NCBI GenBank assembly: GCA_965112155.1
Contig: OZ218101.1
DNA length: 64,000 nt
Strand: one strand, 5' to 3'
Source of the DNA: Podarcis liolepis
Lineage: Eukaryota
Shown: one piece after another, positions 24,771 through 37,509 of the stretch
Numbering within the stretch: the stretch's first letter is position 1
Layout: each line of letters begins with the position of its first letter
Translations under genes and position numbers: made by a program
The notes under the pieces: generated by a model
What the model was told of the DNA's origin: nothing
Databases searched by the model: none
Seen by the model: only the letters and a program-made list of their open reading frames with translations

Positions 24771-25884
24771 TATATGTAATGGTCACCTTCCATGAGCTTT
24801 AACAATGTGATGGAATGCATGGCATGTCCTTCAAATTAGAGCTGTTACAATGGGATCCCTGATCTGGACCTTGTGCAGAGTAGAAACGAATGCTCTCCGC
24901 CACAAGAATGAGTTTCAAAGCATTACTGCAGAACAGTCCTAAAACTAGTAACATTAAATGTTACAGGTAACATATTGCTCTTAGGCTGCAGTGCAGTGCA
25001 GTCATTTAAATCCATTTAATACAGTCCAAGAACTTCACTCTCTGATCCCAGAGAGACTTCCTGAAAAACAATCCTCCATTATGTTGGAAGCTCCTGCTCC
25101 CAGCATGGAGATGGTGATCTCTCTGATGGCTCCCTATGACACAGTGATGCTGGCTTCTCAAGTTTCAACTTCCTGCTGACAATAGCTGCTCAAATTTACT
25201 GCATTTGCTATAGCTAAAGCTCCTGCCTAATGTAAACCTCTCTTTACAAGATGCATACCTCTACATAAGTTTTAACTTCAATTCATATAGACGTATTTTA
25301 TGCACATTAAGGTTACAGTTTTAACACTTCGGGGATATCAAAGTGTTAGTTGCCACTGAGTTCACATGCGTAAATCTAAGATACTTATTTACAATTTCTA
25401 TTCCACCAATCTAGTCCATAAATGGACTCTGAAGGCAGCTCACACCAAGTTAAAAGCATTCAAAATCTCAATAAAATCAATTAAATGACAATAAAGCAAG
25501 ACAGAATATCAAACCCGCATAGAAGACCAATTCATGGCCAGCATGTGTCCAGAGAAGAAAAATTGACTTACTCAATTTCATTAAACTTTAATTAAATGTG
25601 TCCTGCTTACAGTTATAGGACAAATAAATTGAACAATTAAACCCAATTAAATCATTATTAAAATAGAAGAAGATACATGATTGAAATACAGTGAATGACA
25701 GTGGAATTAAGAATATTTAGCCAGTGGACCCCAATCAGGGCTAGTTCCACTCATTCGATACCTCTGGCAGTGGCAACTGCTGGTATTCCTTCTTGCTACA
25801 CAGGGACAGAGACCAGAAGGAGAGTGAAACTGGCAGCGACTATTCTTCACCCTCTTTCTTGTGACCACCTGTCACCAGCAGAGG

Positions 25885-26150
25885 AAAAGGTCATAGCTCA
25901 GTGGTAGAACATCTGTTTTGCATGCAGAAAGCCCCAGATTCAATCCCCACATATTCAGGTAGGACCAGAAGAGAATCCCATCTGAAATCTTGGAGAGCTG
26001 CTTCCAATCAGTGTAGACAATACTGAGCTGAATGGACCTTTTTTTTTTTTTCATATTTATATTTATTGATTTTCCAAAAGAGAAGTGATAACAGAAAAGA
26101 AAAAAGAATGGACCAATGGTTTGACTCGGTATAAGGCTCCTTCCTGTACT
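25885..26150 (+). mobile_element. Degenerate tRNA-derived SINE, interrupted by a short antisense poly(A) insertion
   Basis: TAGCTCAGTGGTAGAACA A-box and GATTCAATCCC B-box-like motifs; split at 26039-26105. Confidence 0.75.
26039..26105 (-). mobile_element. Very short L1-like 3' end / poly(A) retroinsertion
   Basis: Poly(T) then TTTATT on plus strand (AATAAA plus poly-A on minus); TSD GAATGGACC. Confidence 0.75.
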
Positions 26151-28349
26151 GCTATATGATGATGAGGATTGGACTCAAAGGACCAGAGCAGGAGCAGATA
26201 ATGACTACTGTCACACCTCCTCCATGTGGCCTACTCAGAAGTAATATAGAGAGACTGCATGGACCCCTTACCGTTTTAAGGGCCCCAGAAAAGGCCCAAC
26301 TATATTGCATGACTTTTCTGGGCCAATCCAAGAGCCATATGGGGGAAAGGGTTTCACCTACCTAAACCTGTGAAGTGAATATGGTTAGAAAACCACCCTG
26401 GCAAGGGAATTCTAAGGCGCCACAACCAAGAAAGCTCTGTGGTTAGTTCAACAGAGCAGAAGTTTACTATGTTGAAAATATTCTGCTTTTTACTACTACT
26501 ACTACTAAATTAATATACCAGATCCTTCATCTGAGGATCACAGAGCAGTTTACAATATAAAAAACCCAAAAATACATAACATAATAACAAACAAAACAAT
26601 ACCCCTAGCCAGGTTTAAAAGCCATCAGTTGTTTAGGTTTTATTAACAAGTAAATTCAGGCAAAGTCCTGGCAGATTAATACAATGGAGAAAATCTGTGT
26701 TTGGCTTAATTGATTGCCGATTGCTTTCTAGACTGCAGTAGAGTAATTGTTACTTGGCTGCCCTCCCTCCCGGTTTTCTTTCCTTTTTCTGGATTGGCTT
26801 CAGAAGACACAGAAGGCATTTGACAAGAATAACTAGTCCACGTTGCCTCAGTTATTCTGAAAGTCTGCCAGGCACTCTGCCTGGTTTCTCTTAAAAGTTT
26901 TTAAAAAGGAAACTCCTGCATGGATCATAAAGGCCAGTTCTCTTGAAATTGCTTTTTCTGGAAAGGATCCCAAAGCGCTTTGCGGACTTTGAAATGCCAC
27001 CACAAGCAGAGTGAAATCCAAAGCCAATTAAATCCAATTGCTGAGCATTGCGGCCAAATCCACAATATAGCATGGCTCAAAGTGAACCTTGCCACCTAAG
27101 TGCCAATTTTCATGCACCCCCCAAGTCCTAGCAAAACAGACTGCTGCTCAAGTTAAAAAATGTAGAGACACACATTTAGGGCTAATTCTCACTTTCTTTT
27201 TTCTTACTCACTTATGACACTCTATAAAAGAAGGGTGGGGAACGAGTGGCTCCCCCGATGGTGTGAGGCTCCAGTTCCCATCAACCCCAGGCAGCATGAT
27301 GGAAGCTGTAATGTGGCACCTTCTGGAGGTCTTTGAAGAAACTCTCCAAATGAGTGGTCTGCTTCTTCCTGTGGGATATTTAAAATGCAATCAAACAACA
27401 TCTGAAGAGCACAAGGTTCATGAAAGCTTGGAACAAGACTTGATGCGAGAAATGGCAATACATGATGCATATCAGATTTTTAAAAGAGATGCACCACATA
27501 TCTCCATTGTCACCTTCAGTTTGGCCCTAAAGCAGCCAGCACCAACCTTGAATTCTCCAGATGTTGTCCATCAGCCCAAGGCAGCATGACCAGTGGTCAG
27601 GGACAAGGAGAGTTGGGTACCAACAACATCTGGAAGAGGGCACCAAGTTGGGAAAGGCTGCCATAAGGCTACTCAGCAAAGTTACGGCTGAGGTGAAATC
27701 TGAACCATACCTTCTCAATTTCTACTCTCTTACCCACCATGTAACACTAATTCTCCAATGCTACACAACATTCAAGCTCCCACCTAGTAGGAGTTCCTTC
27801 AAGTGATTGTGTTTTAAGGTAGGAGTAGAGTGTGATCAATGCTTCAGTTTAAACTTAATTCTGTCCTCCTACTCTGCGGGAGGAAATAAACATGAATTAA
27901 CATTTGCTGGTTCCGGTTTAGACCCTGCTGAGTTATAACAGGAAAAACAACAACCATGAGTTGGGTTGGTGTATGCCAACAAAAGCAGTAATTTAATTTG
28001 CCAAAGAGACAGGTGCTAACAAGTGTTTTGTTTCCCTTCCGAAAGACTGGTTACTGATCAGTGAATACCTGACCTTCGCCTTCATGTTTCTGTCTATATT
28101 TTTAAATGTTGGTAATATTGGCTAAGCAGTTTCAGTGAAGCCTGCCAAGAGAATTAAAAAAAACATATTAAATTGTAAAAAAAGAAGAAGAACCTATTTA
28201 TCAGATTTTACCAAATGCTTCGGGACATATTGACATGCTTTAAATGTATAGGTATATGGTATGTATCACTTTAGTATTCCAGCCCTCTTCCTGGTTTCTG
28301 CCTTCCCTCCCCTCCCCTGTCAGTCAGCATTCCATGCCCACCAAATGTA

Positions 28350-28702
28350 ATGTAAAGGTAAAGGAACCCCTGACCATTAGGTCCAGTCATGACCGACCCT
28401 GGGGTTGCGGCACTCATCTCGCTTTATTGGCCAAGGGAGCCAGCGTACAGCTTCCAGGTCATGTGGCCAGCATGGCAAAGCTGCTTCTGGCGAACCAGAG
28501 CACCATACGGAAACGCCGTTTACCTTCCCACCGGAGTGGTACCTATTTACTACTTGCACTTTGACGTGCTTTCGAACTGCTAGGTTGGCAGGAGCAGGGA
28601 CCGAGCAACGGGAGCTCACCCCGTCATGGGGATTTGAACTGCCGACCTTCTGAGCGGCAAGTCCTAGGCCCTGTGGTTTAACCCACAGTGCCACCCGTGT
28701 CC
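28350..28702 (-). mobile_element. Sauria SINE, full length
   Basis: TSD CCCACCAAATGTA; full head, body and tail. Confidence 0.94.
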
Positions 28703-29162
28703 CCCACCAAATGTACTGAACCACTGTGACCATTGTGGAATTTCTTTTTGGTGGGGAAGTAGCACACTTGTGACCAATTGCAGCTCTCTTCTGTTCCTGG
28801 GGACATTCAAAAATGGCTCTTGGGATGAGCCAGGAAGTAAGCTATCTAGACAACAAGATAGCTTCCCCCCTACTGTATGGAATATCTTCCTGTTCCAGAC
28901 CTTTCAATTGTTGTCCTCTCCCCCTCACTCCCTTGATGTTCCATGCCATTGAGTTATTGTGAGATGGTTTTGGGTTCCACACAAAAGTTGTTTTTGCTTT
29001 TTCCTGCACATTTTTCTTTATAGAACTGCCTATAAATTCTGAATATTAATAACTGAATATCAATCATGGAAATAGATAAATGAAATGACTTTGGGAACCA
29101 GATGAAGTGAGAACATGTGAACCCTGATAATGGAAATTCCTGGCTAAAATAAAAGCAAAGTT

Positions 29163-29245
29163 AGGTTAAAAGGTAAAGGGACCCCTGACCATTAGGTCCA
29201 GTCGTGGCCGACTCTGGGGTTGTGGCGCTCATCTCGCTTTATTGG
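29163..29245 (-). mobile_element. Sauria SINE 3' fragment
   Basis: AAAGGTAAAGGGACCCCTGACCATTAGGTCCAGTCG... Confidence 0.85.
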
Positions 29246-29309
29246 GTTGGTCAAAATTAGCATCATGGACTTTTAATGTGGAGATGCCCTAGGTGTGGAG
29301 TGGGATAGA

Positions 29310-29486
29310 CAGTGCTTTTTTCTGGGGGGACGCAGGGGGACACATACCGCTAAACATTTTGTGAATCTTTGTACTTTTGTCCATTTACTGTATTTATTTT
29401 CCCCGATTTGAACTTTAAAATGGTGGTTTTCTTGAGTCAAAATGAGAGTACCCCTAAACATTTTTTTAAAGAAAAAAAATGCACTG
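29310..29486. mobile_element. hAT-like MITE
   Basis: TIR CAGTGCTTTTTTCT / AGAAAAAAAATGCACTG; TSD GGGATAGA/GAGATAGA. Confidence 0.75.
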
Positions 29487-30654
29487 GAGATAGACATGGA
29501 AAAACGTTCACAAGTGTGCATGCCTTTTTCATAAGCATCTTATTTCTTGTTCTAGACCCCCAAAGCTAAACACTCAACATATCTGAAGCAACTGTGCTGT
29601 GGAAGTAATGTCTGACCTGTCCGAAGAACCACCGATAACAGGCACCACTTTCCAGTAGCAATTTGTGTGAGGAAAGTAGATCACACTGCATTGTGTGTCC
29701 TTCCTTCACATGGGAGATCCCCATGGATGCAACCACATTGGGGTGGGGGGGAGGATGTCTGAACAGCAGTCTACCCTCTTTGTCTTTGAAAACTTGGTGC
29801 AAACACCCCTTTCACTGTATTCAGCTGAAGTATTCCCCCCCTCCCATAACCTGAGTATGAAAGAGATCTTGTCTCTCAAACAAGAAACATTTGATCTGTT
29901 TCCTTGCTGTCTTCTAGCAGTTTTTACAACATATTTTGTTTGTTTTGGTTCTGCACACTGGAGAGATTCTCTAAAATAGCTTTTCTTATCTGTCTAGTAA
30001 ATTGCATGAATTCAGTAAAGATTTTTATAAAAGCAAACTTGTTACAGGCAAGCAGTAAAATCCAAATGTATGTAGGTTTACAATAAAGTCTGACTGCACT
30101 CTAAATTGATGGAAATTCCCTAGCTGCAAGTGAGATAGTGGGATTTTTTTTAATCCTCCTCATTTATACATGTCTGTCATGGTCTGTAAGCATATGTTTT
30201 CACATACTATGTGTGGATAGATTACCATATAAAATTACAGTGTAGCATTTCCAATACTGTACTTAACATTGTGTTTGCATCTATTGCTTTATTGCCCTCA
30301 TATCTCAATCATAAACATTCTTCTTTGGTTAAAACTTGGCTTACGACAGCCAACTAGGAAAGTGAATACTGAGTATGCAGACACATACACAGAGTTTCCT
30401 GGGAATAATAACTCCACTGTTGTTTTTAAAAGTTCAGGGACCAATTATTAAATAGTGTTTCCAATAAATGTTGTTTCTTGGCACAAGCTTTGTTTTTTGT
30501 AATTGGACATGAGAGTTTGTGTAACTTAGTAGCTAAAAGCACAATCCTCTGCATGTCTACTCACAAGTAAGGCCCACTAAGTCCAAGAATGCTTGCAAAC
30601 CAGACCTGAAAATCATTGGGAACAGGGTTCTAACAAGCTAGTCTCAAAGATGGA

Positions 30655-31025
30655 AGGGGGTGGAATTTGATTTTGTTTGCATTTTAATGAGAAAGACCTA
30701 ATTTGCATTTCTCGAACTAATATGTGAATCGAAACACACTTACCCTTCAAAATTTGCTCGTAACTGAATTTTGTGATGCAGTTTTCAATGTTTCCAAAAA
30801 CAGATAGGTGTATTGGGGAATAGTTTGCACGAAAAGGAATGTAATGGTGACGGTACCTTACAAAAATGCATTGTCTTAGGATAAATCCACAGTAAAATGC
30901 TGCTGAAGTTTCAGGAGGATTTTAGAAACAAAACACAAATTGTTCCAAACATGTGGAGGACTAAATTGAAGATCAGAGAAAGGAAAAATCAAGAGAACCC
31001 AAACTGACAAATCAACCCATTCCTA
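30655..31025 (+). mobile_element. Old ~400-600-bp dispersed repeat (unclassified)
   Basis: Shares TTTTG(C/T)(A/G)ATGCAGTT, ACAAAAATGCATT and AAACTGACA..CCCAT motifs with 33175-33410, 37510-38165 and 60350-60885. Confidence 0.55.
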
Positions 31026-31292
31026 TTTTCAAATGACTTCTTGAAACTTTGACCTTCTTCTCCAGCTTGGATTTAAACCCTCTTTATTTGTTTAATTTCA
31101 TAAAATTTATACACTACTTGGTTGTTAAAAAACAAACAAGCATACCTCAAAGCAGTTTGCTCCTGTAATTAATGGTGGCAGCAGTGGAGGTCAGTGGATC
31201 ACCCCTCTCTCCTTTCCAGAATTCTAACTACCACTAGTAGGTCAGGAAAGAGATATTGGACTGCGACTTGGTAGGAGGGTATTGCGGAAATA

Positions 31293-31678
31293 CAAGGTGT
31301 GACCAGAAAGTTCGGTGAATGGTCACAGAAATCGGACAGCGAGAAATATTCAAACATACAATTGGCATCAGAAACCCACGAAATGCTCACAATTGTGTAC
31401 GGAGATGGAGCTGTAACTCAAAAGACAGTGTATGAGTGGTTTAAGCATTTCCGTGAAGGGCGGCAAACCATCGAAGAGGACCCTCAGTCTGGCAGACCGT
31501 CGACGAGCAGAACGGTGGCAAATGTCGACAGAGTTCATGAATTATTGATGCGGGGTTGGCGTTTGTCCGTCTGAATGGTTGTGGAAGAATTGTATATTCC
31601 ACGTGAAATCGTTACTGAGGTTACTGAGTTGTCCCACCCTCCATATTCTCCCAATCTGGCCCCGTCAGTCACACCTTG
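31293..31678 (+). mobile_element. Internally deleted mariner transposon
   Basis: TA-CAAGGTGTGAC ... GTCACACCTTG-TA; encodes mariner N-terminal HTH (ETHEMLTIVYGDGAVTQKTVYEWFKHFREGR...SGRPST) and C-terminal HPPYSPNLAPS (YSPDLAP motif); catalytic core deleted. Confidence 0.92.
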
Positions 31679-33413
31679 TATGGATGGTGTCTATGGGGCA
31701 CAGATCAAAAGGCTCCACCTGCATATGATCCATGTGAAAAAGCGAGGCGAATGAGAAAACTGAAAGAAGACAAGACGTAGCAGAGCAACAGTCAGCTTTA
31801 TTCACCCTACACGCATAACAAAAGATTTGGGGTAATCCAGGAAATAGGAGTGTGCTCTGCTCCTAAGTCTAATTGGGGAGACAATTTTCTGGGCAGGGGC
31901 TGCTCACCAAGAAAGCCAGAATCTATGTAGGCAGAGCTATATAATGTTGCCTGAGTTAGCCTTTTCCTTCCTCCCACACAATCCCTTCTTCCTCATTCTT
32001 TTCAATGCTAAGCCTGAGGGCAAGGACTATCTTACTGCCATTTCTTATAAGCTACTCTGGAAGCCTTTGGGGCTAAAAGGTAGGGTGTGAATGCTTTGAC
32101 TAAGGAAAACATGTATCTTGGTGATATATTTCTAACCCACTTTTCACTGACTATTCCCCAGAGTGAGGAAGAATGAAGCAAAAGGGGAATAAAAAATATA
32201 CAGGAGAAAAATATAATATACAAAAACTCCAGAATCCACAGAAAACAAGTCCAGTATATAACACAAGCAAATTAACAGCTCCATAATGAAAGAAGCAAAA
32301 ACATACTGCAGTGAGGACAACAATTAGCATTTCTAGTTTGTCCCAATGCCTGGGTAAAGAAAACAGGACACCCGACCGCCAGAGTCTTCTAAAAACAGTA
32401 CTTAAGGAAGCCATTAGAAAATGGAGAAGGCTCCTGTCCTCTTCCCCTTGTAATTTGACCACTGTTTTCCAGAATCCTGTACTCCGCTGAACAAGTGCCA
32501 CCCAGTTTTGCCTAATGCAAACTTTTGAGGGGTATCTGTGAGTTCCTGGCTCGGCAAAGCATCCAGGGGATTTCAAAGGAAGCAAAAAGTTTTGCTTTAG
32601 GATTAAATATGAAGATAAACAATCTGGTGGAAGACAGGGCAGGGGAGAGACTTGGTTTCAATGCACAGGAGAGTTCCTTCCCCCATACTGTTGAGGAAAT
32701 ATTTGCTTTATAACCTTTGATCTCCACAGTACTGGCTGTTAAAAGGCGAGTTTCCTTACAACAGCATCTGTGGTGTTTAGAGCTACATCGTCCCAGGTTG
32801 GGCAAATTAAGACAGCCTCTCAGTGTCCAAACTCTGGGGTAACTCTAAGATCAGAGAGAGGGAATATTGCGGTGGGGAGGGTGGATGAGGGAGCAAAGCA
32901 AGAGACCTAGATTTTACTTAGTTTATTGCAACTTTCTCCATCAGATTTCAGAGGGTGGAATGTATTGTTTATTTCTCTATATGCAGTGGTAGTGGTTGAA
33001 GCCTGTTGGACCTGATGGGCCAGAAGGCAAGGAGGCCAACAGAAGGTGGCACCAGAACCAAAGACAAGCAGAGACAACCAATTCTAGCTTCTCCTCCCTG
33101 CCAAGCTCTGCAACAGCAACACTGATGCTTCCAGGCAGTGTCACACCCTGAATTGGTTCTCTAGATGCTACAGTGCAATTCTCCAGCCAAGTGACCTATA
33201 CAAGAATGGGGCAAGGTGTCCACAAAAATGCACATATCAGTGAAAATGCATTACTTAAGAGGAAATTGCTTTGCAAAAATATGTATATTAGCAGATATGG
33301 AAAATGCTGGTGATTTTTTTCATGGAGACATTTCTTTTCTTAAACAAACTGATGTGGAAATCTGGAGAACCGAACTTAAGACTGGGGAAAAAATCTGGGA
33401 GAAACTGACACAG

Positions 33414-33990
33414 CAACAGGAGCAAGCCAGCAGTAAATCACACTGAGCAAGCTGGTGTTAACTCTTTATTAGCAAAAACAGGACCTGCACAGGAGTCTCA
33501 GGCCTAATGAGCACATCTTACCCCCATGAAGCAGTTGACAAAACTAAAGGTCCTCGCCTTCTCACAGCCAGGTATTTCTCCCCCCCTCCCCCCCAAGCAA
33601 TTGGAGACTATGCCTGCATGCCTGTCTTTGCTCCTCCCACTTCATGCCTTTCCTGCTTCTGGGAGACCAGGGGCGAGGAGAGCTTGTTGCAGCAGGAGAG
33701 GGAGACACCTGTGCCTCTTCAAAAGCCTGACCCATCCCTGCCTTTTTGGCTTCCCTCCTCTCCTGCTTCAGCTTCTGCCTCTGATTCTGGACTTCTGTCT
33801 GCCACAGACTCTCCCTGCTCACTAAGCCTTGGTACCCCTTCAGCTTCTGACACCTCATCCTCCTGGTCTTCTCCTTCTCCTTCTGACCACTCATCATCAC
33901 CCCACCACCACACCCCAGGCTATGAGCCTTCTTCCCTTGGGGGTACCCCTGTTGGTTCCTCCCACCATTCCTCTGTGTCCAACCAGCCCA
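33414..33990 (-). mobile_element. Unclassified LTR-like insertion with a Glu/Ser-rich ORF
   Basis: Minus strand begins TGTCATGGG and has AATAAA near its 3' end; flanked by direct repeat TGACACAG; splits an older repeat. Confidence 0.55.
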
Positions 33991-36900
33991 TGACACAGGG
34001 TCACCCACTCCTAGTAGAAAAGGAGGATAGGAATTCTTACTATGCCTGTTTCACTGAAATGTAACAATTTAGGCTCAGCATACAGTTTCGCTTGTGTTCT
34101 CCCTCTTTCATATTATCTTCCTCCCATGTTTTAGCTTCCTGTCCTTACTGCGGGCTTTTCTTTCTAATATGTTTAACTAGTATGCTGTCAGGTTAGAATA
34201 CAACATGACAGAGATATTAATCACCTTATCGGATAGGGAGATCAGCACTGTAATATTGTTTACATTTCCTCACATGAAAAGGAACCAAGATGTGCCAGAT
34301 CAGTTGTCGATCCTTAACTGGCTTGAACTGGAGCCGCAAGGGAGCAATTTCAATCCCACAAAAGATTTCACCGGGGTTAGGACATTTATACTGATTTGTT
34401 ATTGGGGAAGTTCTATGACACATTCATCCTGGTTTGCTTGTGGGCATCTTCCCGTTAATCAGGTGTTCAGCCCCACACTTTCCCAGCGTATTTCCCCATC
34501 ATTCTTGCAGCTGCAAAAGTCTTCTTTTCTAAAGTGGACTTGTCGCATCAGGTCAACAGAGCACTTTAATCCACATTCATTGTGCAAATCTAAATTTCTG
34601 GTATGTTGTTGAATCCCTCCCACAAAATCCTGGCGGTGACCTGAGAATGCTATGAGGATCTCTTTGACCGGTTTATTTTTGCGCTGCGGCAAGGTAAAGT
34701 GGCAAGAGAGGCAATTAACAACCGGAAAAGATGCAGCGAATTCCTGAACATGGTACTGAGCGTTCCATATTATGCACAGTCTCCATATGGCAAGGAGAAT
34801 TCTGATTTGACTCACAGAATATGCGTTGCCAGCATTCCAGATCATGGGCTTTTGCTGGCAATCATCCCCACAGCAATCATTCTGAATATTACAAATCAAA
34901 CACATGCATTGCTTAGCAGAATAATTAATACACCTAACGGTGTAGGTATATGGCACAGACTTAAATATATTCTGGTGTATTGACAGAAGAGAATTACTTA
35001 TCCAGAGTAAATAATGTATTTCATCGCCTTCCATAAAACATTTCATTTGTCTTTATTTAACATGAACTCTCAAATAAATTCATGTATCTAATGTATTTTA
35101 ATTAAGTAAAGGGCTTTCCTTTCAACCTCCTTAGTTGCACTCTGTTGCTCCAGTCAATGAAAGTGAAACCAAGAGTCTCCATCTTTATCAACATTAATTT
35201 CATTTTCTTTCACACCCTTTAGCAAAGTGGACTCCATTTTTTTAATTATTTTTTTAATGTTGGATCTTTATAGATGTCTTCCCTAATTGCTTTTACATGA
35301 CTCACCTTCCTTCCTTCCTTCTTTCCTTCCTTGGAGAAGTAGAGAGGGTTGTTTTGTTTTTGGATTTGAGTACACACATGGGAGGGGCATTTTAACATGA
35401 AACGGACAAAATTATTGTATTGATCTCATGAAGCAACCAGATGTCAGGAAAGCAGATGAGCTGCTGCATGGTCTCCTTCCCCTTTGCCCACAACTTTACA
35501 ATACGTGCTACCCCAGTGATGTTGGAAGGAGAAGTGCTGCTGCAGGAACGCCTATGCTGAAGGAATCCCCAAATTTCATTCTTGACTTGTAGCTAGGGAT
35601 GGTGGAGAATTCTGATGAAAATGGAAACACGAGTTGAAATTTCCACGTCTGCTTATTTGTCTCTTGCCCGGAATGCTACATTATCAATGACACCCACCCC
35701 CTACTTAGATTCTGTTTTGTTTGCATTGAGACGAATGGTTGGGAAATATACTATTACTGATGTTAGATTCATAACTTGCATAACTTACACGAACAGTTAC
35801 GTATATTATGTTAAATGACGAGTAGCGTAGAATTTGGTGGAAGCCAAACTGCAGCAGAACGAAAACGTGTCTGATGGTTACGAAGTCAGGTAGGAACAGA
35901 AAATGCTGCCTTCTTACATTCCCTGCTTGTAGGGAACTGATATCCTGTAGCGAAGTGTGACATTGGACTCAGCTACGTAAGTAAAGAAAAAGCATGTTAT
36001 ATGCATTGTACCACTGTGACACCACATGGCGCTGTGGAGTCCCGTCTTTTGCCAACGCGATTTCCCACTATGTGGTTTACAGCGTGTTTTCCTGAAACAC
36101 TTTTTTTGATGTGTCTAGATTCAGCCATTGTCTTGTTCTGCTGAGAAGTATAGAAAAGGCCACACTCTATAATTCAAATTTATTTATTTATTTATTTTAT
36201 GTTTGTGTGTGTGTGTGTAGTTTAAAATCCATGCTAGTCTTTAACTTTCCTTTTCTTTGGGGAGGAACTATTTAAAGCATAATAGAGCTTATTTAATTGC
36301 ACTGGGATTTTTCAAATCATATCAGGGTAAAGCAGGATAGAGTATTGGCCCCCATGTGCTAATTAATAGCTAGCAGTACCCCTGAAATAAACCTGAAACA
36401 CTTCATTAATCAGGCAGTAATTGAATTGGCACAGGAATTCTGTGCAAACTGTATGTGCCTTGTGAAATACCAAACTTGGCAGAAGAGACAGGAACTTTCT
36501 CCACAATGTGATTTCTTTTTGGACACTGGGTTTATCATTTTCAGAGGGCTGGTAGACTCTGTATCTGAGTTCCTATCATGCAGACCCACATGACTGAATC
36601 CAATGAATTGTTGCCTTCTGCTGCTTCAGAACGCATTCCTGTGGAGACTTACCTGGAATTAAATCCCATTGAATTCAATGGGGTTTGTTTCTGAGTCAAA
36701 GGGTAGAGGACTGCGCTGCTAGGAACATCTCCTTCAATGATCACAAGGTCACCTCAGTGGAAAAGAACAAATTAGGGCAGATGCATTTCACTTTGTCATC
36801 TGAAGACATCTGCCAATTAATGTTATTATAAAATAATAGTTTTGAACAGATGTTGCGTTTGCTAATTTTACATTTGACTGTTTGAGATCTAACTACCTGG

Positions 36901-37509
36901 GGATTTATTTAGCTGCAAACGCTTTCAATAGTGCTAACAAAAAGGGAGATAAATTTTCCTGCAAAACTGAATGAAGTTTCTTTCTGGATATTGATTGCCC
37001 CTAGTAAAAGCTCAATGAGAAGACTTATTGGCTATAAAGGAAGAGAACAAAAACGGCGCTTGAAGCCTTTTGCTAGGAAATGGTTCTCAAGGCGCTCGTG
37101 CCGAGGGCTTAACATACAGCTGCTGTGTGACTTTGAGACCCATCACTTCACCTCTGTTGGCCTGTTTATCTCCTGCCTCCTCTGGCCCACCTTTGCCTCA
37201 GAAGGTAAACCTTGCCGGGAATGGACATTTCTTCCCTGTTGACTTTTGCAGTGCCAGACAGAGTACAGACAATTCCTTATGGAAACAAAGTGCCGGATGT
37301 GTGCAGTCTTTAAGTCTCAATAGAAACCTAAATATTGTGGAACGGCTGGGGCTGGGCTGCGAAATCCCTGTCCAAAAATGTCCCTGTTCTCCCACAGGTC
37401 TGGTAGTCTAATTCCCCATAGTCATTTGAGAGTCAGAGCAATTGTCAAATGAGGAAGGGTAATATTAATCTAAAGGAATATAAAACTTTCCACACTTTGG
37501 TTATGTCTT

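Noticed and set aside
25890-25960. tRNA gene
   Set aside because: Degenerate tRNA-derived SINE head with a non-tRNA body; acceptor stem does not pair.
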